A stretch of 64,000 nucleotides of DNA from Marsupella aquatica (Eukaryota > Plantae > Marchantiophyta). The DNA is taken from the NCBI GenBank assembly GCA_973895155.1, contig OZ316892.1, positions 13,818,861-13,882,860 of the forward strand. The letters are read 5' to 3'. The notes beneath the pieces are model-generated. The model ran no database searches. It was not told the DNA's origin and saw only the letters and a program-made list of their open reading frames with translations. Position 1 is the stretch's first letter, and each line of letters begins with the position of its first letter. The translations under genes were made by a program, and so were the position numbers. Of this stretch, positions 13,623 to 25,834 are shown in pieces.

Positions 13623-16600
13623 ATGGCGACGGGATTGAGAGTGGTATGCACGCGGGTGCCAGGTCATGCGGTTAGTAGTAGCCGCGCTCCTTCGTCCCTT
13701 AGAGGCGGAGTACCTGTTTCAACGATTCGTCGTCGATCGTTAGTCATGAAAGTATTCAATACAGATGCCCCTCCCAAACGGGAAAATAAATTCTTCCCTG
13801 AAAGTCTCATTGAGAAAGTGAAAGTCCGGTTTGGATTGAAGGAGCAGCAGACTACATTGTCACCGGGCGTAGATGAGGAAGTGGAACAGGAATTGGCTCG
13901 ACAGCTTGGGACTAGAAAAGAGGAGCTAGAAACAACAGCGACCTCAGTAATTCCAGACGATTTGTCTCCTGAGGTGCTTTGGGAACAAGGGAAGAAGGAC
14001 ATAAAAGCGGAGGACAATAAGAGACCGAATTTGACCAGCCCCGGCTTCAGCTTCTCCGCCGCAGGCCACTTGTTTCCGTATCACTTGGGGGTGTGCGACT
14101 GCCTCATTGAGCATAAATACCTCACGGTGTGTTTGTCTTCTCTTATTCGTGAAGTCCTCCAATATTTCTCCTCCCACATCACCCATCACAAGTGGTGCAG
14201 TGGTAGCTGAGCTCGCTAACTTAGTAGGTGATTAGTCAGGTACCGAAACCCGTTCACTCTATATTATTGGGTACGATGCCCCAGGAGGTGGTGGGTCCAG
14301 AGATCTTGCACTTTGTGTCCTCATCCTTGCAAGTAAGGACATGCTAACTATGCATTTGAAATCCTCACACAGAAGGACGGATGAGAGCGGAGTCATTTAC
14401 CCCAGGGTGCTGCCACAAGAGGCATAACCCAAAAGACTTGCATCGACTCTGTTGAGTTTTTTCTTTCTCATTTGACCAGAGACAATTTGCCCTAGCTCTT
14501 TTTTATCGCCAAGTAACAGTCTGCGGGAGCCGTCCTTGAAGGAAGGTTGCTCCATCCTTTTAGATAACGAGTTCGAGAGTAAAATTTATCTCTAAACTGC
14601 AATTGAAAGTTTGCAGATATAAGCAGCTCTCTGAACCACTCTGTTGAGAGTGATCCAAGTTTTGGTTGGGTAGATCAATTTGGCTTTGTAATATTTATTG
14701 ATGATTGAATTACATATAGATGAACTTATTCGTGGAGCTAGGCAGTCTGCCAAAGAACAACTTCTGTGGCCTCTAGATTGCACGTGTCTCAAAGATGTTA
14801 GTTACCCTGAAACAACCAACCTGAATTTGAAGTTTCGGTTAATGGATTAACTTGTATATCTCCTGTTGATTGCTTTGATTGAGGTGAAGATGTGAATAAA
14901 ATTTATCAGTATCTAAGATGTTCAGCAAGGAAGTCCTGGCCCAATAATCTCTCGTTTTCAGGAAAACACGCCATTGGCTGGATCATCAGCTGGGGCCCTT
15001 GTTTGCGCAGTTGTAGCTGGTGGTTTGGAAATGTGTGATGCTTTGCGGGCAGCCAAGGAAGTTTCGCAGGATTGTCGCAAGAATGGAACGGCTTTCCGAC
15101 TTGGGGTGAGCTGCAGAACATTTCTCTCCTGCTTTTGGAAGATCAGAACTAATTTTGTGCAGATTTGGTAACAAAAACTGCCAGATCGGTCTGTGGAATG
15201 TACAGTCGTTGACGAAGGTCTGAGTCTTGCACAACGGGCTGCCTCCTCAAGGTTCCTCAGTTTTCTTGACATGAAGCTCACTCTCTCTCTGCAACTTGAC
15301 TCCTCTGCTACATCTTGGACGTCATATAACCAGGAATGCTCAGTTCTTGTGCAGGCTGTGTTGAGAGGCATTATGGAAAAATACTTGCCGGAGGATGCCC
15401 ACACCAGAGTAAATGGCAGGATCAGAGGTACGAAACAACTTTGAGATGGAATAATTTGATGCACTTTCGACCACACTAAATGTTTCAAGTTAATCATACC
15501 TCAATTCTATGCCGTGGGATTTTCTCTCAATCTTCAAGAGCTTTACACATGAGGCTTCTTTGGCATTTCACAGTTGCAGTGACTCAACTGTTCCGTCAAC
15601 CGAGGGGCTTGATTGTTGATGAATTCGATTCAAGGGAGGATCTCATCAATGCACTTCACACTTCATGCTTTATTCCAGGGTTGGTCTCTCTATCCCTCAA
15701 AATCTCACATATAGTGTATCCTTCCACGAAGCAATGCCTTTCGTGTGAGCGGAGGTAATAGATTATGACTGGACCATGTGCAAGTCTTGTCCGATGGTGC
15801 CTACACAGGTTAGGGCAATAAATTCAGTTAGGTTCATAACATTATATTTGGTTCTGTGGAGAGTTTTTATGTCTTTTCTTGTCCCCTTGAAGACTCAATA
15901 TCACAGCAAATGAAGATCATGAATAAGTCCAACGAAAATAATTCTCTCAGTGCCTAAAACAGATAGTTACAGAGTAAGTAGAATGGAAATATGACTCCTT
16001 TTTTGGTACGTTGAGGAAAAACCCAATTTTTAGCGGAACTCATAAGGACCTTGCTCATGTAGGCATAATTGAATTTCAAATGAACAGAAATTCACATCTC
16101 TGTTCATGTGCGCTCAGATGAAGCTTTCTTTTCAGGTGGGACTGATTGTTTCTCCCATCCTTTTATTACTGTTGTAGGTATTTTGCACCAAAGCCGGTGA
16201 CTATTTTCCGGGACCGTATTTGTATTGATGGAGGCTTCACCCTGTTCATGCCTCCTACAGCAGCTGAGAAGACGGTAAACTATCAACTTTTTCATGAAGT
16301 TTATCATAGACACAGCTGGAGAAGTTTTTCACAGAATATTATCGTGTATGGAGTATTGGGTCAATGCACAATTGAGCTGAAGAGAGCAACGTGTATTCAA
16401 GAGTTGTGAACTTGGGAAAACAAGATCACAACATCACGGCCATCGTTTGTGGGTGCAATGATCGCGTCGTCTCGATGATGATGCGATTTGACTTTGCATG
16501 ATTTCATGCAGATACGAATTTGTGCGTTTTTTGCATCAGCATATAATCTCGAAGGCGTGCACATCAGTCCTGATTCCAATCCTTCTGAGTCGAGACCTAA

Positions 16601-16881
16601 CAATCAACAGGTAACATGTCAGATTATGGTATCCATCCTGGAACTAAAACGAATTTTTTTTCCAAAATGTGTGGAGGTTTTTTGTTGTGTTTGTGCAATT
16701 GCTTGCATGTTCCAGAGCTGTTGTATAACACTGATGTTGTGCGTTGCAGTTGCTTAATTTAGCATTTAGCCCTGCTGAAGATGAAGTGCTTGACGAGATG
16801 TTTCGGAGTGGCTATGAGGATGCCTTGTGTTGGGTGAAGCAGCAATCAGAGGTCTCAAACATATCTGAACCTGTGCCCTGA
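13623..16881 (+). CDS. Patatin-like phospholipase/lipase (ATGL/PNPLA-like), probable plastid transit peptide
   Basis: Exons 13623-14126, 14962-15105, 15355-15427, 15574-15679, 16178-16274, 16512-16610, 16750-16881 (TGA). Motifs: FSFSAAGHLFPYHLGV (oxyanion loop), GSSAG (GxSxG nucleophile), SCFIPG and IDGG (catalytic Asp). The N-terminus is Ser/Arg-rich. Confidence 0.92.
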
Positions 16882-18019
16882 AATGTCTACACAATCACAT
16901 TGTAGTCTTGAGGCAATTTTTTGGAGTTTTGAAGAATTAGTCACCTTTAACCCTGGACATCCGTTTGAATTTTCAGAGGTAGGACAAAAAGAGAAGCTAT
17001 CCTTTCTGGCCCCCTCTAGTTTTGTATGGTCATACTACATCTAAAAATTGTACACTAGATTCAATGGCACATTAGAATCGCCCTCTGGCTTTGTATGGTC
17101 ATATTACATCTAAAAACTGTATTCAATGGCACATTAGAATCCTCCTGATGAGGATTCCAAGTGTTGAAGTCCTAGACTTGACAGAAAGAATCAGGCAATG
17201 ATATCTTAGTTTCAAGATTCTTGATATATAGCAGGGTCCGATACGTTTGTACTTTATCTAGAAAAGTGACAGAAGCATTTAAGTCCAATAGTCTCTAGAA
17301 GGGAACTTACTATAAATCTGTAGAAATGATTGTGCATGCGCTGAACTCATCAAATCCGCAATTTTTCACTCAAACAAAATAGAGCAAGAAAGTAACGAAG
17401 ATCTCCTACATGCTTGGCACAAAGTTTTTCGACAGAAAAGAGGTGCAGACTATTGTGAACTTTTTAGTTCTGCATTCCTTTTATTGAATTGGATGCAAGT
17501 TTTCCAGATCATAGAGCACAACTTATTACGCCAAGGGAATGTGCATTTAGGAAATTTGTAACCCTCTGCACGTTTGTTTTGCCGAACCGCTTATATTTCC
17601 ATCTCCCGATCCTCCAATGTTTCACCTTTGACTTTGAGATCGACTGGCCTCTAACATTTTGCCAGAAAAGTCATCCCTTTGTGTCCGATGATTCGGAAAT
17701 CTTTCAGTCCATTCTCTTGAGGGAATGTGGAGTTAGAAAATTTGTAATCATCAACATATAAAATGTGCCGAACCACTGATTTTCCCACCTCCCAGTCCTC
17801 CAGATGCTTCACTTTCACTCTGAGGTTCTTGCCCCTCAAATTTTTCCCGGAAATTGGCTTGCTGACCAGTGGGCCATTCATCTAACCCCAACAGAGTGTG
17901 GTTAGGGCGAGAGGTCCCAGGATGTAGTCTTGTGTAAATGTAATAACAGACTACTTGCACTGAGCACACAATCGTTTGCAATACCGTCCTTGTAGTTTCA
18001 AAGACTAGCTTGATTACCC

Positions 18020-18665
18020 CTTGAACAAAGCAACTCAATAAAGGGAGACCCTGGGAAGAAGGGGGAAGGGCCCCAAGAAGACCAAAGAAGTCTAACAAGT
18101 CATGTAGGGAGGCCCTGGGAATAAGGGGGAAGGGCCTCAAGAAGACCAAAGAGGTCTAACAAGCCATGTAAATGATGATGCCTCCACTTGTACTCCAAGT
18201 GAATTTATAAAACATTTCCCAGGCCCTTGCTAAGCATTTCCCAGGCCCTAGAGAGGCATGGCTGTGTGGTAGTTCACTCGAGTGATGACTGATAGATCTT
18301 GGGTTTAAATGTTGTGACTAATTTCTCCCTTTTTGTGGGGTTTCACATATTTCTCCTTAAAAAAATAAATTCACATGGGGTCATAACTAATTTTGGACTC
18401 TTTCAAAGGAGCAAAGTACTCCCACAATATGAGCCAAAGCCCAATAAAGGGAGGGAAGAAGAAAGGGGAAGGGACCCAAGAAGACCAAAGACGTCTAACA
18501 AGCCATGTAATTGATGATGAGTCTCCACTTCTACTCCAAGGGAATTCAGAAAACACTTCACATGGGGTAGTAACTAATTGTGGACTTTTTTGGGTCTCCA
18601 CTTGTACTCCAAGGGAATTTAGAAAACACTTCCCATGGGGTAGTAACTAATTTTGGACACTTTCA
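18020..18665. repeat. Degenerate tandem repeat cluster
   Basis: CAAGAAGACCAAAGA.GTCTAACAAG.CATGTA occurs three times (~18074, 18138, 18477). CCACTT.TACTCCAAG.GAATT occurs three times, and CATGGGGT..TAACTAATT three times. Confidence 0.75.
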
Positions 18666-19583
18666 AGCAGCAAAAGTACACTCTACCGTGTCTAAGTGCA
18701 GGCTCCCACAAAGAGACCCCAAGCCTGCAGTTATCCACGTCATGCACTTCATCATAAGTGCATGTTGCACTTCTCCATATGTGCCTGTTGCATTATAAGT
18801 GCATATGAAATCGCTTATGCACTTCCACAAATGTCATGTCAGGTCAGGTCATACGCATGGACATCTCATACCCAGAATCCTTGTAGTGCATGACTCAACT
18901 GGATAAGTGCATGAAACTACAATGTTAGTTGTCTATTGCATTTATCAATAAATGCTTCGAACATATGTGTTGCGACAATTGATTAATGTATCTGTACTCT
19001 AATAAACTGAAATGCACTTATGTATTTGTCTTTTAGTGACGACAACCTGCACTTTGAGACAGTGCATTTTTTGGTGTACTTACAAAGAAATTTGCTTTAT
19101 TATTGAGGGACTACAGACCATCCTGCAATTACCTACGGAATGCAGTTATACATGCTGCACTTATCCACAGTAGACTATAATCCCAGAATATGAGCCAATA
19201 GTTACCCATGGAATGCACTTATACACAGTGCACTTATCCACGGCTGACTGTACTCCCGATGCACTTATACACGGTATACTGCACTCCCGAAATATGAGCA
19301 AATGTCATCGTCAAAACGGCATATCCTGCTGCCATGTCACAGAATCGCTGCTTGGTGATAACGAAAGAAAGGGCTCGCTCACTACTCGCGCATAAGAAGG
19401 CGTTCCCCCTCCCGCACTCTCTCTCTCTCTCTGTCTCTCTCTCTCTCTCGCTTTCTCTTGTGTATGTATGCCTTGCGCGAATCAGTCCTCGTTCTCGGAG
19501 GCGATTACTCTCACATCTTCTGCACATTCTTCGTTAGGTCACCATCTAAGCTGCTGTAATCGAATCCAGTGAGCACAGGTGAG

Positions 19584-22177
19584 ATGGCCATGGTGCCGGA
19601 AAACCCAGAAGACAGAGGAGGTATCGACGAAGAAGATTTGGTGGCTGGAGATTCTGGCCGGATCGCTGTTGGTGGTGGTGGTGGTGGTGGTGGTGGAAGT
19701 GCCTCCAATGGGCCTCTCGTTTGCGCTTTCAAAGGTCTGGGGGATGCCTTCGCCGGCGCCGTCATGGGCTCGGTTTTCGGATTTGGTACGATTCCTCTCT
19801 GCCTCTGCCTCTCGTTTCGGTTTGTAGTTGTCTTTGCCGCACACCTGCACCCAGTGCTCGGCGGCATCTTTTGGTAGGAAGTTGGGACAGGGACCGGAGA
19901 TATGAGAGCCGACTTGTGCATCGAGTTTTGAACATTCAATTCCCCTGTGCTTTGATAGGGAATTTGTCAGGGTTGTGAATCGTTTCAAGGGGTTAGATCG
20001 TCGCTGCTGCCTTCTTGCCTGTCGTTCGAGCTCATCCCTATGCGATTGGCCTTTAAGATTATTTCAGTCTTTCCGTCCTCCGCTGTCAAGAATTCCTTGA
20101 ACCGGGACGCGCAAGATGAATTTGATAGGCTTTGTGAGACAATTTCGTCCTCATTTGCTACTGTGGCAAGGCTGGCACTGTTGTGAAGGCAGTGGTGGGG
20201 ACTAAGAAGCAGTTGTGGGCTAGCTGACGTTTGTCTGGAGTGGATAGGGTAAGGTTATGCCATGACGAGAGTAAGAGCCTTCGGTTTGGAGGAGAAAAAT
20301 GTATGTAGAACCGTGAACTTGCTTCCACACATGAGATGTCGGGAGCTTGGGCTGTTGGAGAGGAGCACTATATCTTCAATCTTTCGCTGTTCTTTTGTAG
20401 GGTTCCTCGGCATGCCCCATAGTCCTGTAAATTTTGCGGGTTGAGAAGGAACCTGAAATCAATATGCCAACAGACAGTAGAGTGACATGGGTCCCCGAGG
20501 TTCACAGAATTTCTTGGTTCTTGAACTGAGTCGCTTTCCTTCTTTCCTTACTAGTCGACTTTCACTCAACATAGGATAGAAGAGCAAAATTTTACGCTTC
20601 AGTCGTTTTCGGGGAACTTCATAAATTGTAGTGACTTTGGTCCTCGTCAATCCCGTCGTCACTCTTATTAGGCGATTACTGTTTGTTAGGCATCCATGAT
20701 TGCATCCATTGCCGTAGCAAACGAACTCCGTAGTTTGATTTAAATGTCTTGAATTGCACTCGGAGAGCAAAACTCGTCTGATTTATTATCGTTCCATGCG
20801 TTAGCAGTTGATTAACCAGGAACTCAATTTCACAGGGTCGGGACTGTTCAAAAGGCAGGGTTTTAAGGTGGCCTTGAAGGAAGGTGGCTCGTCCGCTAAG
20901 GTGAAGTGGCTTACCTGCATGGAAGTACAATCTTGCTAGCCATGGTCGCCGTAGTGGAACACCGACGGTTCGACTGACGATATGGTCTAGATTTTGACTT
21001 TATAGACTAGGTGAAACTCAGAGTAAGACATCTTCAAACTAGCGTATGACTGGGCCGAATATTAGTTCTGTGCTCATCTTGTGTGACTGCTCGTTGTATT
21101 TTTGAAGGGATTGGTTACAGTTGTATGTTCACAGTTGTATGTTCGGATATTGAACAGTGTTAAATGACGATTTGAGCATTCATCACTCAAAGACACACGT
21201 CCTTATCTTTGCATGCAGACATTTGCGCTTTTGTCAGGAGTGCACGGCATTGTTGCTTGTTATTTGAAGAGAATAAGGGGTGTGGAGGACGGTATGCCAC
21301 CCCTCAAAACCCTGCTCGGACTGCTTTGCTAGATGCTCAGAACAAGTGGCTCTATCGGTTATTGGGATTGTAAACTCGGATGTCTAGTTCACTTTTGCTC
21401 CAAGAGATCTTAAAGCAGTTGCCACGTTATGCATGAGATATAAACATAAAATAATTCAGGAAAGAAGCCTAGCCCTTAGTCTGGTTGCTTCTATGTTAGC
21501 GGCTGTGTGCACGTTAGGAGAGGTATCACTGGGCCTACCCTCATCCTAGGCTAGTGAAACAACTAGCGAGAAGGATGCGCATCAGTTTTCCTTGTCCGCG
21601 GGTCTATTTTGTCAAATAGTCCGTTCGCTCTGTTTGATTTCTTTCTGTTTTTGTGCACGTGGAACAGCATTGAATGCAGGCATTGCAGGATGTGCTACAG
21701 GCTTGGCACTCAGTACCCCAGGTGCTCTACCTTTCCTCTGAATTTGTGCCCAATGGTTTTACAGTTTCGGAATGTCAAGAGAGAACGTCAAGTTTGCTGC
21801 AGTAGTGATTTCCTTCTTTAGTTGACGACTGAAACTTCGTGTAGACATTCTTTTTTGTGTTGTTCACCTAGTTTCTTTCTCCGTCGGATATTGGTGCAGG
21901 GACTCCACAAGCTCTACTTCAAAGTTGTGTTAGTTTTGGTGTGTTTTCATATATCCTGGAGAACATCAACAAACCTCGTCCAGTGTTGGCTGCCCCACTG
22001 AATCAGCCTTCTGGAATGAGCATTCAAGAAAAAAATCGCCTCCATTCTATACAATCTCTAATGCCTGTGCTCCCACCTTTCTCTCTTCCGCCACCCATGC
22101 TTGGTGGACATTTTTCACTCTTCTGCAATGGGAATTTGCAAAAGATCCTCCAGCGTCAACAGTCCAGGCCTATGTAG
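19584..22177 (+). CDS. Tim17/Tim22/Tim23 (PRAT) family protein, HP20/HP22-like chloroplast envelope type
   Basis: Exons 19584-19785, 20836-20900, 21219-21291, 21668-21721, 21900-22177. Translation: [100 protein letters not shown]. This closely matches Arabidopsis At4g26670/At5g55510 as I recall them. Poly-Gly is encoded by (GGT)n, and the 5'UTR has (CT)n. Confidence 0.9.
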
Positions 22178-24046
22178 CATAGCTAGGAAAAAATTGATCA
22201 CGTGGTAGTCCTGATGCTGCAGAAGTGTCCTAATTCTTATAGCCGTTATAAGGCGAAAGGAAGTTTGGAACGGACTGTACATTGTTATCTTAGATAGACA
22301 ATTCAGCATTGGTTGGGCAAAATACTCTTCAGCAGGTCGGATAGACGAGTACAAGAGAGATCATAGTATCAGCTCGTGAGGCAATTCCCTTTTGGGTTAG
22401 CACGGGTATCCTTATGTGAATTTGCGATTCTCTTTCGCAAAACATAGGTTTTACAGGTTTACCAGGTACAGATAGTAGTTGTGGTTTAGAATGCTTGCGG
22501 TTGTTGAGCATCAAATGTGAAAGCGATTTAGCAAGAATATGAAGAATACTTGTGGTGAAGATTCACCTATGAGAATACATGTAATTGCTATCTATGCAAG
22601 GTACAGAGAAGGCCAGGTACTTGGAAGACAAAATGTCCAACTCCTTCGCTTCTAATCTGATTGTCGTCTGCAATTTGTCATGTCCCGCCTAAACTTGCGA
22701 ACGTTTGAAATCTAGGAGAGTACAATGGTGTCCAAGTTTTCTGACGAATCTGTCCATGTATCAATAATTATGAGCAGCTTAAGGCTTCTCTATGGCTTTC
22801 ATGCCTTCCGAACAAGGTAGAGTTGCTTTATCTGGATTCACCAACACAGGAAATTGAGCTCTCTTCCAACAGAGTTTTTCTCTCAGCGATGGAAATGTTT
22901 GATTCATCTAAACTAAAGTGATCTGGAGCTCAAAGTCCCACTCTGTATTGCTTGCACTACTTTTGAGGTGATGATTTCAACCATGGTTACGCTTCTCCGA
23001 TAGTGATCGCAATTTCTAAAATCGACCTTTCATTTTGATTCTTCCCTCTAGTCGTTCTACATGTGGAACCAACAGAATAAGCGCTGCCTGTAGGATTGAT
23101 AATAACTCCGAGGATGAAAGAAGTCACCTTCCATGGAGCCACAATTGTCCACATGTTCAACTCTGTCACTGCAGAAGGGCTGACTGTACTTCCTCGTCTT
23201 CTCGATGTTGAAGCAATCCACGTTTCCAACGCAACCTTTCACCAATTACCCAGCGGAGGAGTAGGTGAGGAATGGGCAGCGAATTTATCCCCAATGTCAA
23301 AGCAATTGACGAGAAGGTGAGTCATAGGCAGCAAAGTTATTCCTGATGTTGATGCAATCCACTTTTGCAATTTAGTTGTATGGCGACAAACTTACACAAT
23401 GCAGGGGCGGGTGAGTGGTGGGCAGCGAAGTACAAGCAGAAGCGGGATGGGTAGGAGAACTGCTCACCTGGGTGGAGAATGACCTCGCTCGCTTTCTAGA
23501 GATCTTATGCCTCTCACCTGTGTGCCCCTTGGTCTGTGGACGTTGTAGTGCTTGCCCACTCGATCCTAAAAGTTGTGAGATTGCGCTGTCCACCTCCAAA
23601 CAATAGGGCGTGTCAAAGCACCCTCTATCTGAGTTACGGCCTACAACATAAAACTGTTTTTTGTCCAGGACGTAACTCCTGGGATACCTATAGAGGTGCC
23701 CCGTAAGACTTGGACGTCCAGAAAAGCACTTGTCCGTAAGATTAGCTTTAGTCCTCAGCTACTTTCGTTTTTTATTCTTGTCAACAATTGGGAGAAAATG
23801 TCAAAACAAACTGTTTTTGTAAGCTCTTTCATGATCATGGCAGCAAAGCAAAATGCATACAAGCAAGGCAGGGAAAGGTGTGGGGTTCTTGAACGATTTG
23901 GACGATGCCTACGATGAGTTCTTTGTCTCTTATTGAGTCTTTTCTGTGGAATACCGGGATTCCTACCATTATTGAAAGCTTTTCTGTCTCTCTATGACTG
24001 TTCTGCTCTCAGTGCTCTCTCGGCTTACTTTGTTGGCGCTCACCCT

Positions 24047-24372
24047 TTCTAATTTTTCTCCCCAATATTACTCTCCTTGCTGATTGATGCTAAACGCACA
24101 GAGATGGCGTACCAAGATAATGAACCAGTATTACTCTCCTTGCTGATTGATGCTAAACGCAAAGAAGGAATTCTAATTTTTCTCCCCAATTTTACTCTCC
24201 TTGCTGATTGATGATAAACGCAAAGAGATGGCGTACCAAGATAATGAAGCGTTTCTTTTGATGACCTTTTTACACCCTGTGCTTGCTTGTTGTACTTTGT
24301 TGGAACTCGACTCTTTCACTATATCACTTGTTCTTCCCGTTTTTGTCCAAATTGATGCTAAGCGCAAAGAAG
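24047..24372. repeat. Local tandem duplication
   Basis: TTACTCTCCTTGCTGATTGATG.TAAACGCA occurs three times (~24068, 24131, 24192), with a degenerate copy at ~24351. Confidence 0.8.
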
Positions 24373-25834
24373 AAACTGAGACTGTAGTGAGATAGTGAAG
24401 ATTTTCTGTGTCTTGGACTACATTTTGCTCTCCGTGCTTTCTCATTGTACTTCGTTTGCACCCACTCTATTTGTAAATTAATTTGTTCTTCCCCTTTAGA
24501 GCTCTGTCCTACTTCTTCTTCAGTCCACACGAGACTCTACTGTAGACAGCCATTAAGGCAGGCCATTACAATTTGATTTCTCATCGGCGAAGTCTTATTT
24601 TCTATCTTCCAAGAAATTTGACGAATTGATTTGATTCTGGAATTGTAAGAAAAGAGAAGAGCCAGCTGGGGAGCTAGCAATCAAGAAAGCAGGCAAGAAT
24701 GTCGATTCGATTATGAAATTATAAGAAAAGAGAAGAGCTAACAAGCAAGAAAGCGAGCAAGCATGTCTCAATTCGTGGACAATTCTGCATTTGGGATGAG
24801 TTTTTACGATGACGAGTGCTTCAACGTATTCTAAGAATTACTATATGAATCGAGATTCCGCGGCGGCTTGAGAATCCAGAAATCCATTGAAATTCATGGG
24901 AATATCTGGAAACGATCCAGGCGACAGTCCGTCACATTAGCCGAGTGCCTGACCAGCTGCCGTAACATATCATCAGAATTAGAATGGCATCCGTCCCCTG
25001 GCCAAGAAGTAGACCTTCGAAGTAAATATTGCGCCGCTGAAGCAGACGGTCTCATGCTTTGTGCTCAGCCAGAACGTCAAATTCTTACCCGTACCTCCTC
25101 TTTACAAGAGGAGTCAAATCTACCCACCTCTGCCCATAAAGGTGACCTGAAGTAATTTGACAGCTAAACTAACAATATGGCCATGATTTGACAACGCCGA
25201 TTTGACAACGCCCTAATGGGATCTGGTGAAATGTGCATCCAAGAACAACATAGCTGCTTCAACTCGGCAGTGGAGAAATGTGTCAACGTCTGCCCTGCCA
25301 TATTCAATTGGGTATTGGCACAGTATTCTCTAAACAGTGGGAAAAGTCGGAACGTGCATTTGTCATTCATGGAAATTGGCACTGTATTCTCTAAATAGTG
25401 GGAAAAGTCGAACGTGCATTTGTGACGGAGAGCTTGTGCACATTACTCCTCTCGACTCTTTGCAGTCTACCACGAACTGTGTCATTTCCAGCGCTACCAA
25501 GACCATCTAGGTGTCCAGCGACGACGGCCTAATCCGTGCCGTTCAGTTTGTTTGGCGAGACTGTCGAGGGACCAGTAACGGGAGTCCAAACTTGACAGAA
25601 GTGGTTCGTTGTAGCCAACATGTGGCGGGGCTGGATTATGTTTTGGGCTGGATTATGTTTTTTTAAATGGTGAGATACTGTGGGAAGTAACGGGAGTCCA
25701 AACTCGCCAGGAATGGCGCTCGTTAGCCACCATCTGGCCTACCGGGATTCTGTTTTTAAAATGGTGAGATACGGTGGGATATGCAAAAGTGTGGCGAGGA
25801 CGGAGATACGGTGGGGTAGCACCAAAGTCGGTCC

